Shown: positions 9,227 through 17,749 of the stretch, one piece after another
Numbering within the stretch: the first letter of the stretch is position 1
Layout: every line of letters starts with the position of its first letter
Position numbers and translations under genes: made by a program
Source of the DNA: a virus
DNA length: 64,000 nucleotides
Virus record (IMG/VR): IMGVR_UViG_3300032304_000650
Span: 2,751 to 66,750 of that record
Direction: 5' to 3' (one strand)
Notes under the pieces: generated by a model
What the model was told of the DNA's origin: nothing
The model's input: only the letters and a program-made list of their open reading frames with translations
Database searches by the model: none

Positions 9227-9923
9227 TCTTTTTAACCATTCTTGATAGGATGCGAGCACACGCAATATCTAGTGCTTTCTTTGTGGCTGTTCCTATGGTT
9301 GATTGGTTAAACTTAACTTCTGACAAATTTTCGTCATTAAGTAAGCTTGCTTCACGTGTAGTCTTTGCTTCTCCAAGACCAGACGCTGCTATAATTTCTC
9401 CTGTCTCTGCATTCGTAAATCGTACTTGTAATCCTATTCTTGTTACAACAGTTTCCTTGATACCATCCTTTACTCTAATCTCCTCATCTTCTGAAATAGA
9501 ATAGTCGTAGCATTCAATCTCTACAAAGTAATGGGCTAGTCTAATCTTTCCTCGTCCATCCAGCTTATCTTGAGAAATTCCTGCTTGCGAGGCTTGGAAT
9601 TGCTTGACCATACGGTTTTTAATTTCCGTCTTGTCTTCTGTAAAGGTAAAACGATTGAGATTTTCAAGGTACTCAAGGGTGATGTTTGCAACACCCAAAC
9701 CGACACGCTTTTCTTTAAGCTCTGGATACTGTTCATACATTTCATCTGATATTCCGCATTTTAAGATTTGAATTGGTATAGTCGGGCCATCATAATCCAT
9801 GTATTGACTGATGTCAATCTTAGTCTCAAAGCTAGCCTTATAGTTTTCTGTCTTAGTTGTAGCCACCTGAGCCACCGCTGTAACAGAAAAAAATAATAGC
9901 ATAACTGGCAATATATTTCTCAT
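9210..9923 (-). CDS. CsgG/FlgT-like secreted protein
   Basis: Signal peptide ending AVAQ; GVANITLEYLENLNRF, LQVRFTNAETGEIIAASGLG and ATKKAL match the CsgG/TolB-N fold pattern. Confidence 0.7.
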   Translation of the reverse strand: MRNILPVMLLFFSVTAVAQVATTKTENYKASFETKIDISQYMDYDGPTIPIQILKCGISDEMYEQYPELKEKRVGLGVANITLEYLENLNRFTFTEDKTEIKNRMVKQFQASQAGISQDKLDGRGKIRLAHYFVEIECYDYSISEDEEIRVKDGIKETVVTRIGLQVRFTNAETGEIIAASGLGEAKTTREASLLNDENLSEVKFNQSTIGTATKKALDIACARILSRMVKKNVFPK

Positions 9924-9993
9924 TTTGCTGTTTTTTGTCCTTTTTATAACCACTTATTGCCCAAATGCGCAATATATTTCCAATTTTAATGAT

Positions 9994-10557
9994 TTATTTA
10001 TCTTTTAGTAAACCACAATTCTGGCACTCTAATTCTCCGTCTCCGTCAGAATCTCCCCAAACATGCTCACATTGTCTGTGCGCTTGATATTCAAATTCTA
10101 ACTTCTCCATCTCTTGCTCATGCTCTTGTTGGTCTCTCTTTAATTCAAAGTTTTGTCTGTTCTCTGTAACAGCTAAATCTCTAGCAGCTTCAGCACCTTT
10201 GATAAACGCATCAGGAATAATCGGTGTTGGAACTTTGTTTGTTTCCTTCATGTCGTTAGTATGAGATAGCGTTACACCATCTTCTTCATCCATTTTTTGT
10301 ACCAACATCTTATCCTTGTCTGCATCAGAATAGTAGTAGTCTATAATCTTACCATAGCTACCTATAAATGCACCTAGTAATAATAATAACAGCTCCTTCC
10401 ACTCAGCACCCATTGCTGTACCTGTAGCGATTGCTGCAAATATTCCTAATAAGATTAATACAAATAGTCCTAATACGATGGCTGTTACATACCATCTTTT
10501 CTCCATTAAACTAGTTAAAAGGTCTTTAAAACCTGATTGCTGTTGAGGCTTGTCCAT
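9994..10557 (-). CDS. inner-membrane protein with C-terminal Cys/His cluster
   Basis: Two TM helices (..LLLGAFIGSYGKIIDYYY), coiled coil, CEH...CQNC. Confidence 0.7.
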   Translation of the reverse strand: MDKPQQQSGFKDLLTSLMEKRWYVTAIVLGLFVLILLGIFAAIATGTAMGAEWKELLLLLLGAFIGSYGKIIDYYYSDADKDKMLVQKMDEEDGVTLSHTNDMKETNKVPTPIIPDAFIKGAEAARDLAVTENRQNFELKRDQQEHEQEMEKLEFEYQAHRQCEHVWGDSDGDGELECQNCGLLKDK

Positions 10558-10658
10558 ACGTTATAAATTGTTTCTTGATTACTATTGATTAATTGAGCTG
10601 TCTTCTTGCCTGAACGTATACTACGTTTTGCTCTAGGCTTTTTTGCTTTATTTGCCAT
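10515..10658 (-). CDS. 47-aa basic peptide (not in ORF track)
   Basis: MANKAKKPRAKRSIRSGKK...; TAATG coupling with the upstream stop. Confidence 0.45.
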   Translation of the reverse strand: MANKAKKPRAKRSIRSGKKTAQLINSNQETIYNVWTSLNSNQVLKTF

Positions 10659-10963
10659 TACCAAGCTGCTGGTTTTTCTTTGAACTCATCCGCTTCTTTT
10701 TTAGGCTTAGCTGGTTGAGGTTTTGCTGCTACTTCTTTTTCTTTGATAATAACAGTTTTACTACCACCTGCTGCTTGTTGTTGCGTTTGGTTGTTTTGTA
10801 TATTAATTACTGGAGCTGCTTGTTGAACAGGTGCTTCTTTTTCATCGCCTCCTGTTAACTTAGTAGTTATCCATCCACCTACACCTAAAGTAATTGTGCT
10901 AACGAATCCTATGATTACATTTTTCATAGAACTACCAGTTGATTGTTCTTGTTCTTCTGACAT
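10658..10963 (-). CDS. single-pass membrane protein
   Basis: One TM helix followed by a Q/P/K-rich tail ending in W. Confidence 0.7.
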   Translation of the reverse strand: MSEEQEQSTGSSMKNVIIGFVSTITLGVGGWITTKLTGGDEKEAPVQQAAPVINIQNNQTQQQAAGGSKTVIIKEKEVAAKPQPAKPKKEADEFKEKPAAW

Positions 10964-10969
10964 ATTATA

Positions 10970-11320
10970 TTATTTTATAATTATTGGGGTTCTAGTTTCC
11001 TGACCATTTATATTCATCAAAATTAAGTCATAAGTACCACTCTGCAAACCAGACAGATTCTCTTCCTTAATTAAAAAGCCATCTACAGAAGATAGCCCAT
11101 AAGATTTATAGACTTTGCCTGACATATCCTTAATTGTTACATTGTACTTTGCAGAAGGCTGTAAGTTAAAACTCATAGTAATAGGGCCAGTTGTTGGCGT
11201 TGGAGCTACATTTACATACCCTTGCTTGTCAGGCTTTGCAGCTTGTGGAGCAGGATAATATTCTATTTTCTTACAAGCCAAAATAGATGTTAGTGCGAAT
11301 AATAATGTTACTTTTCTCAT
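10970..11320 (-). CDS. lipoprotein with T9SS C-terminal-domain-like Ig fold
   Basis: Lipobox ILAC; VAPTPTTG, IKDMSGKV, NLSGLQSGTY and terminal IIIK mirror the type A CTD pattern. Confidence 0.7.
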   Translation of the reverse strand: MRKVTLLFALTSILACKKIEYYPAPQAAKPDKQGYVNVAPTPTTGPITMSFNLQPSAKYNVTIKDMSGKVYKSYGLSSVDGFLIKEENLSGLQSGTYDLILMNINGQETRTPIIIK

Positions 11321-12960
11321 TTAAAATTATTTATACCGATTAGACGAATTAATGCTGTGTTTAGGCTTATTCCTATTTGGTTTCCTTTATTGTCAGATGC
11401 ATCCATATTATCTGTTACACCTACATAAGTATTTATATCAGTGCCTGCAGACTTAGCCTTAAATATAACCGTAAACGGTACAATAGTTCCTTTTATTGGC
11501 TCTTTTAATGTCTTGTCTATACCACCAAACTTAACATAGCCATCACCATTCGTAAAGAAGTTAAGCCAAGATGGATTGGTATTAGCCTTAATTTCTTGCA
11601 ACTGAAGTTTAGTTGCATCATAGGTAAACTCAAACTGTAGACCGCATACAGATAATTCATTGGTATTTACAGATATAGGTATAGATATATTATCTGATTC
11701 AACTACTGCGTTAGCTAAACTAACAGCGATGGCTTTCTTTTGTATTGGTGTATTCACTAGTGAAAATGATTGAATTGTTCCGTCCCTAGCTACAACTTGT
11801 GAGCTATGGCTTCTGTTGATATCTCCTGCTATAAGGTAGTTTAATTCTAAGGCCTGATTGGCATTAGTAGTACGAAAATACACAAACTCTTGCGGAGTTA
11901 AAGTATCCTTGCTAAACTCATCCCTCTTATAAGTATACACCTTTGGGTCTATGTTATTGGTAGCAGCAACTTGTGCAAGTACAAGGTAAGGGTCTGCAGC
12001 ATCAAATGAGCCATTATAGTTCACATCAGCAGCCAACCAAGCAGCACCTGACTTTAAATTAGTCTTATTAAAAGTGCCATCTAAATTAACAGAACCAAAC
12101 TCATTTAACGCAGCTGTCGCATCTGATACCGTAACAGCTGATTTAGTCGCATTTAAGAGGCTATCTATGATAACTGATACTTTATATGTCCTATTGGCTA
12201 AAAGCTCCGTAGAAGCCTTAAAAACGCCATTTACATCAGGAGTAAGCGTAACAGAATTTGTTGAGGCCGAGTCGGTAAACTTAATGCGAGTCTGAACAGC
12301 ATTATTTTTATATATATTACCAGTAAGAAGAGTATTTGCATTAGCATCTAAAGTTATAAATGTGCTCTTAGGAAGAGGCATATAAGTATCAATATAAGTA
12401 CCATCCGATTTCCAGCCCGACACGAAGTTCATATACAAACTATCATAAGCTGTACCTGCAGCCACATTATTTACCTTAAGACGTATCTTGATGTATTTCC
12501 CATCACGTAGATTGCTATTTGAAGTAACTGTAGTGTAGATTCTCTGGATAGCATTATTGCCATTTGGTGAATATACATAGTTAGCATAATTGTAATTCTG
12601 TGAACCATTTTGTGTTGTGTTTTGAGCTGTTCTAATATATGTAAATCCTGGATGGAAGCTGTTCTGAATGCTCATTGTAGCACCTGTAGGCATAGCACTG
12701 CTATCGCCACTAAAATTAGTTACGCTTAATATAGTATATGTTCTATAGTTATACTGAAAGTCAAAATATAGCGTTCTAGTAGAAGATGATTTCTCCTTAT
12801 ACATAACCACCATATCAACAGTATCCCCTTTAAGGATACTCGTATCTTTTATATTTCTAGTAATATTAGACTTCTCTAGGTAGATTTCAGGAATTTGAGC
12901 TGTTACATTTATACATAAAAACGTAACAAGACTAAGGATTAATTTTTTGAATAAGTTCAT
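11317..12960 (-). CDS. secreted cohesin/dockerin-domain protein
   Basis: Signal peptide MNLFKK...VTAQ; dockerin-like ADVNYNGSFDAAD and GDINRS; cohesin-like ISIPISVNT...GLQFEFTYDATKL. Confidence 0.7.
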   Translation of the reverse strand: MNLFKKLILSLVTFLCINVTAQIPEIYLEKSNITRNIKDTSILKGDTVDMVVMYKEKSSSTRTLYFDFQYNYRTYTILSVTNFSGDSSAMPTGATMSIQNSFHPGFTYIRTAQNTTQNGSQNYNYANYVYSPNGNNAIQRIYTTVTSNSNLRDGKYIKIRLKVNNVAAGTAYDSLYMNFVSGWKSDGTYIDTYMPLPKSTFITLDANANTLLTGNIYKNNAVQTRIKFTDSASTNSVTLTPDVNGVFKASTELLANRTYKVSVIIDSLLNATKSAVTVSDATAALNEFGSVNLDGTFNKTNLKSGAAWLAADVNYNGSFDAADPYLVLAQVAATNNIDPKVYTYKRDEFSKDTLTPQEFVYFRTTNANQALELNYLIAGDINRSHSSQVVARDGTIQSFSLVNTPIQKKAIAVSLANAVVESDNISIPISVNTNELSVCGLQFEFTYDATKLQLQEIKANTNPSWLNFFTNGDGYVKFGGIDKTLKEPIKGTIVPFTVIFKAKSAGTDINTYVGVTDNMDASDNKGNQIGISLNTALIRLIGINNFK

Positions 12961-13429
12961 AGCATGCTTTTTTAATTGCTGTGCTAAGGTTCTGTTGGTT
13001 AAACTTACCGTCTGTGCCGACAAGTATCGTTGAAGTTGACACCTCGGATGCGCTACCTTCTACCAAGATTGGCTTGGACTTTTTACCATCCTTATCCATA
13101 TAACCCTTGATTCTAATAACGACATCGGTGTTGTCTTTATGGAATACTGATAGGTTGCTTTTAGTCTTCAGTACATCCATATAAATCAACTCCGCAAAGA
13201 TAATGTTTTTGGATGATGGGTTCAAAGCGTATCCTTTCTCTTGTAATAACTCTTCTATAATATTCTTTACACCAAACTCTATTTTTCTATTGCCTGCTAA
13301 ATCGCCTAGCTTAATGCTGTTCTGAACAGATATAGATACGTCTTGGGCTGTAACACTTGATACAAATAGCAAAGCCCCCATTAGGAGGCCAAGCTTATAT
13401 TTACTTACACAATGAGAACTAATTTTCAT
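12932..13429 (-). CDS. second CsgG/TolB-N-like secreted protein
   Basis: Signal peptide ending VTAQ; FGVKNIIEELLQEKGY...FNQQNLSTAIKKAC parallels ORF 9210-9923. Confidence 0.6.
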   Translation of the reverse strand: MKISSHCVSKYKLGLLMGALLFVSSVTAQDVSISVQNSIKLGDLAGNRKIEFGVKNIIEELLQEKGYALNPSSKNIIFAELIYMDVLKTKSNLSVFHKDNTDVVIRIKGYMDKDGKKSKPILVEGSASEVSTSTILVGTDGKFNQQNLSTAIKKACYELIQKINP

Positions 13430-13856
13430 CTACCAAAGGTACGATAGTAGCTTCAATTTTTTCTTTACCTAATACCTTCTCAAGTAATACTGGGAAGTAG
13501 TCGTCTGTTTCAATATTGAATAACTCAGCTACATCTAACTTAGGTACTTCAATATTCTTCTCAATATTTTCTAATTCTTGAATTTTCTTGATTAACTCTT
13601 CTTGATTCTCAGGAGCAACAACGTAAGATTCACCTTCTTGCTTACCTAATTCCTTAAAGATTTCTAATCTAGCTTCTTCGTAAGACTTAACTTCTTCAGC
13701 TACAGCCTTATTCAATTCATTGTTTAATAAATACTTAGCACGGATACTTAACTTGTGAGATAGTACACCCTTGCTTCTTTCGCCTGTTTCTCTGTTTAAT
13801 AATCGTCCGTTTAATTCTTCAAATAAAACTACGATTTCTCCTAATGTTAACTTCAT
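13419..13856 (-). CDS. hypothetical helical protein (DUF1617-like)
   Basis: KLSIRAKY.L...YEEARLEIFKELG pattern common downstream of tail-fibre genes. Confidence 0.6.
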   Translation of the reverse strand: MKLTLGEIVVLFEELNGRLLNRETGERSKGVLSHKLSIRAKYLLNNELNKAVAEEVKSYEEARLEIFKELGKQEGESYVVAPENQEELIKKIQELENIEKNIEVPKLDVAELFNIETDDYFPVLLEKVLGKEKIEATIVPLVDEN

Positions 13857-13857
13857 A

Positions 13858-14133
13858 TTATTGGTTTGGTGTTAAAAATTTTTCATCTACTTCAGCCCAT
13901 TTGCCTGCTGGACAAGCTCCTTTTACTGGAGAGAATACCTTTGCCTTCAAAGCACAACCGCATAGTCCACAATGGATAAGAGGCTCTGTCTTCTTGTGTT
14001 CGCATCCGTTACAAATCTGTATTCTTTCTGTAGCTAGTTCTGCTTGCTCATCTGTAGGGTTAAACATTATACCCCATGCAGAGAATATCTCTTTTACTTT
14101 TGCCATAGCCTTAAAGGCATCACTTAAATTCAT
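13858..14133 (-). CDS. small Cys-rich Zn-binding protein (DUF6171-like)
   Basis: R..IC..C, C..CGC.L.AK, CP.GKW; start set at 14133, downstream of the promoter at 14155-14162. Confidence 0.7.
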   Translation of the reverse strand: MNLSDAFKAMAKVKEIFSAWGIMFNPTDEQAELATERIQICNGCEHKKTEPLIHCGLCGCALKAKVFSPVKGACPAGKWAEVDEKFLTPNQ

Positions 14134-14169
14134 GTGGTTTACTTTGTGGTTAGGCAAATATAAGAAATA

Positions 14170-14652
14170 TTAGCAATCAACTACGTTCTCAGCACCGAAT
14201 AATGTAACTAATTTTTCCTTAAGCTTACCATAAGCAAAAGCAAATATTGTGCCATCTTCTAAAGCACTTAAATCAGGAACTGTTTTTGTATATTCTTCTT
14301 CCACGTCTTGCATTTCCCAAGTAGAGCTTGCAGGAGTTATAACCTCTCCCTCTGAATCTAAAACAGCGTCTGTTACTACTTCTACATTTCTTTGTACTGT
14401 TCTTGTAGCCTCTACTTCTTTAGTCATAGCAACCCATAGGTTATCACCTATTTGTTGATTACGAGCTTGTCCACCACTTAGTGGCATAGGGGACATACCG
14501 TTGTTAGTTACTGAGTCAGCCTGAGATTGGAATAATTCAATTCTAAAGCTAGCGCTACCGTACTTAGATACTTGATAGTCTGCGATTCTTACGTAAGCCT
14601 CAGATGTGATACCTTTATCTGTACCAATCTGTGTTGTGATTTTTAAAGCCAT
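14170..14652 (-). CDS. tail-fibre-associated protein
   Basis: MALKI...AYVRI...FAYGKLK...VVDC pattern; adjacent to fibre genes. Confidence 0.6.
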   Translation of the reverse strand: MALKITTQIGTDKGITSEAYVRIADYQVSKYGSASFRIELFQSQADSVTNNGMSPMPLSGGQARNQQIGDNLWVAMTKEVEATRTVQRNVEVVTDAVLDSEGEVITPASSTWEMQDVEEEYTKTVPDLSALEDGTIFAFAYGKLKEKLVTLFGAENVVDC

Positions 14653-14671
14653 TATTTATTGTTTTTAGTTG

Positions 14672-15028
14672 TTATGATTGAGGTGGCTCATCTTTAGTTA
14701 AAAAAGGAGCATTTGTGTATACAAAATTATCTGATTTCTTTTTAAAGGCAAGCATTCCATCTAGTCTGCTATTAATAAAGTCTTGATTTAATAAAGACTC
14801 TAGCCATCCAGAAACTATCTCTGTTGTAAGTTCATTGATTGGAGAAAAGTTAGCTGGGTTAGGAGGAGGTAATTTAGCTTCACCTACAAAGTCTGCCTCA
14901 TATTTTTTACCATCAACTTCTTCCACCACTCTTTTAATATAGTGTACTTTATATACAATATTCTCCATCCCATCTTTGTTAGGCATGATTGCAGAATCAA
15001 TAATCCTCCATGTGTATGTTTTGCTCAT
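14672..15028 (-). CDS. tail-fibre-associated/assembly protein
   Basis: TYTW.I...NIVYKVH...F.P.NELT.E.V.GW pattern; follows a fibre gene. Confidence 0.6.
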   Translation of the reverse strand: MSKTYTWRIIDSAIMPNKDGMENIVYKVHYIKRVVEEVDGKKYEADFVGEAKLPPPNPANFSPINELTTEIVSGWLESLLNQDFINSRLDGMLAFKKKSDNFVYTNAPFLTKDEPPQS

Positions 15029-15029
15029 A

Positions 15030-17462
15030 TTATGCGTTTAATAGTTGGTTAAGTTTAGTCTCTAATAACTCTATTCTTGCATTAGCATCTATTAGTTTTT
15101 GATTTAACTCTTTAGTGCTCTCTACAAATAGTCCGCTAAGTTCGCTATAATTTACACTGTATGTATCAGTCTCTTCGTGATAATTAACAACTTCTGGGCA
15201 AACTGCAGCAGTTTCTTGAGCTATAAGACCTATATGCTTTTTATTTTCTGTATCTATAATCCAGTTGTAGTATACACCTCTTAATTGTAATACTTTATCC
15301 AATGCGCTATCTACAGTAATTATATTTTCTTTAAGTCTACCATCAGATATGTTAGAGAATGTGTATGCCCAAGATGTAGCATCACACCATGAATCATTTG
15401 TAATTCTATGCTTACCATTAGTACAAGCTCTTACCCAGTCGTATGTTTCAGAGCCAGTTATACCTGTGCAATCATTACCACCAAAATAATATAATTCCCA
15501 CTTACCTCTATCTTGCATATAGATACCTCCGTTACCACTATTCCACATAAAAAATGAACGATAGCCTGCATTATCATATGCACCATAACCAGAATAACCA
15601 TTTTGACCAGTTCCATAAGTATGTACATTACCATATGAACCATATGAATCAGCAGATGTTAATCCTCTTCCACCTCCACCAAAATAAGCATGATTTGTAT
15701 TTAATGTTCCTATTGCAATATCTCCATTACCATCTCTTAATACGATATTATTACCTGCGTTTCCTGAAGTAGCATTTATAGTCGCTGAGTTTGCTTGACC
15801 TGATATAGAGCCTGCTGAATTAGCATAACCGTGAAAATGACCAGATGTAAATCTAGCTACCCATCCTACAGCTTGTCTATGAAATCCAAATTCTCCTTCA
15901 TTCATCATCAAAGTGATTCCAGTTCCACCACCAAAATGCAAACCTCTCCATCCATTCTTTTCACCAAGTATTTGTGCAGAACCATAGCTACCATCATTGT
16001 TTGGATAAAAATGTAATCCATAATGGTTTGGAAAATAAAGTCCATAGTTACCATTAAATTGTATCCAGTTTTGTGGAATGAAATAACCACTTGCATTTCT
16101 TGTAGGAATAGTATTAGCATCACCTCCTGTAGAAACAGAATAACCACCAACTGTACTTGAGTTGCCTCCATTAGCTGGTGCAGAGCCAGCAGTATCTGCA
16201 TACCCAGCAGCTGCTTTTGTCCAAGCTCCCCAACTACCTCCTTCTTGATATCTTATCCAAATGTATGGATTAGTTGTATTTCTTAACCAATAAAACTGAC
16301 TTGCATATTGATTAATTGTATAATCATTTCCAAGTCCTAATGTAAATCCATAATGTTGACCTCCTTGAGGCCCATTATTACTACCTTGCATGTATCTAAC
16401 CCCAAAATTTCCTACACTATTAAAGTCTTGGTAAGTGCCATGGTTTTGACCCATGTTATTAAACAAACGATGAACATCTGTCATATTACCAATACCAACA
16501 CTTGTTAAATAAGCACTGTCATTAGTAAAACTAGAAACAGCTGTTGGTCTGCCACTTACATTTGTCCATGCAACACTTCCTGTACTTTCTGAATACCTTG
16601 ACCAATCTACTTTAATTCCAAAAGTACTACTACCATTCCATCCCATTAAGTTTGGATTCACTCCCCATGCATTTCCACCATCTGAAGTAGCCACAGGATT
16701 TTGTGGAGTATGTCTACTTATTGTAGTTCCATCTGGAGAAGTACCATTTGAAGCATCAAATATAGTATGACTATTACCATACTGTTTCCACATTAGTTGA
16801 CCAGCTACTGCCCCATCTGTTACTCCTTTATAGTTAGTTCTTCCTGTAGAAAAAGTTGTAGAAGTAGCAGCATTACCAGTAATACTTCCAGCAGAAGTTA
16901 TATATCCAGCAGGATTAGTGCTGTTATATGGAGTAAATCCTAAAGCATTTGTTACTAATGTACTTGTAATACCAGTTAGGTATGTAGAGTTATCATAAGT
17001 TATTGTAGTACCACTAGCTTTAACAAAACCTGTTCCATTTAATGTAGTTCCTGCGCTTACTGTATAACTTCTATCAGCTGATAAATCAAAAGTAGTACCA
17101 TTAATTGTTATTGTTCTAGCGTTTGTTACAGGCGTAAATCCTAGTGCTGTTGTTACATCACTTGAAGTAAGTGTAACATCTCCAGTTCTTGTATTAAACG
17201 AAGAAAGACCTGCAGCTATAGTAAATGTTCTATTAGCGCTTAAATCTAATGTTGTACCATTGATTGTTATAGTTCTAGATGTAGGTACATATGAGCTCAA
17301 TGAAGATGACAATGCATAAGAACTTAAAGCTGTAGTCACATATGCTTGTGATGCTACTAACTGATTTGTATGCATAGTAATTCCAGCAGGAACCGTTATG
17401 TGGTTTTCTGAATTGTATGCTACTATGTGAGCTAAGTGACCTAAATCTTTTGTTTTTCCCAT
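15030..17462 (-). CDS. tail fibre with C-terminal intramolecular chaperone (peptidase S74)
   Basis: TITINGT repeats, G/N-rich body, SDGRLKENI...GLIAQE...coiled-coil end. Confidence 0.85.
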   Translation of the reverse strand: MGKTKDLGHLAHIVAYNSENHITVPAGITMHTNQLVASQAYVTTALSSYALSSSLSSYVPTSRTITINGTTLDLSANRTFTIAAGLSSFNTRTGDVTLTSSDVTTALGFTPVTNARTITINGTTFDLSADRSYTVSAGTTLNGTGFVKASGTTITYDNSTYLTGITSTLVTNALGFTPYNSTNPAGYITSAGSITGNAATSTTFSTGRTNYKGVTDGAVAGQLMWKQYGNSHTIFDASNGTSPDGTTISRHTPQNPVATSDGGNAWGVNPNLMGWNGSSTFGIKVDWSRYSESTGSVAWTNVSGRPTAVSSFTNDSAYLTSVGIGNMTDVHRLFNNMGQNHGTYQDFNSVGNFGVRYMQGSNNGPQGGQHYGFTLGLGNDYTINQYASQFYWLRNTTNPYIWIRYQEGGSWGAWTKAAAGYADTAGSAPANGGNSSTVGGYSVSTGGDANTIPTRNASGYFIPQNWIQFNGNYGLYFPNHYGLHFYPNNDGSYGSAQILGEKNGWRGLHFGGGTGITLMMNEGEFGFHRQAVGWVARFTSGHFHGYANSAGSISGQANSATINATSGNAGNNIVLRDGNGDIAIGTLNTNHAYFGGGGRGLTSADSYGSYGNVHTYGTGQNGYSGYGAYDNAGYRSFFMWNSGNGGIYMQDRGKWELYYFGGNDCTGITGSETYDWVRACTNGKHRITNDSWCDATSWAYTFSNISDGRLKENIITVDSALDKVLQLRGVYYNWIIDTENKKHIGLIAQETAAVCPEVVNYHEETDTYSVNYSELSGLFVESTKELNQKLIDANARIELLETKLNQLLNA

Positions 17463-17485
17463 GCTACAAAATTAATTTTTATTAT

Positions 17486-17737
17486 TTATACTATACTATT
17501 TTGTTGCATAGCATATTGATAAGCAGTTATCACTTCTTCTGTCCATATTGCATTAGCTATAGCCTGAACTTTTGTGTTTTCATTTTCTATATTATCACCA
17601 GGACACACAATATGCCTATGATAAGACCTTGAAATTTCAATTCCATCTTTTTCAATAATTGTTGCTGTTCTTACTTGAATAGAATTATTTTCCACAAGCT
17701 CTATTTGGTCTACTTTTATTATTTCTTGTAATGCCAT
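17486..17737 (-). CDS. tail-fibre chaperone/tip-associated protein
   Basis: IQVRTA...SRSYHRH...AIWTEEVI..Y; typically follows YEEG.WTP-type fibres. Confidence 0.65.
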   Translation of the reverse strand: MALQEIIKVDQIELVENNSIQVRTATIIEKDGIEISRSYHRHIVCPGDNIENENTKVQAIANAIWTEEVITAYQYAMQQNSIV

Positions 17738-17749
17738 TTTATATTAATT

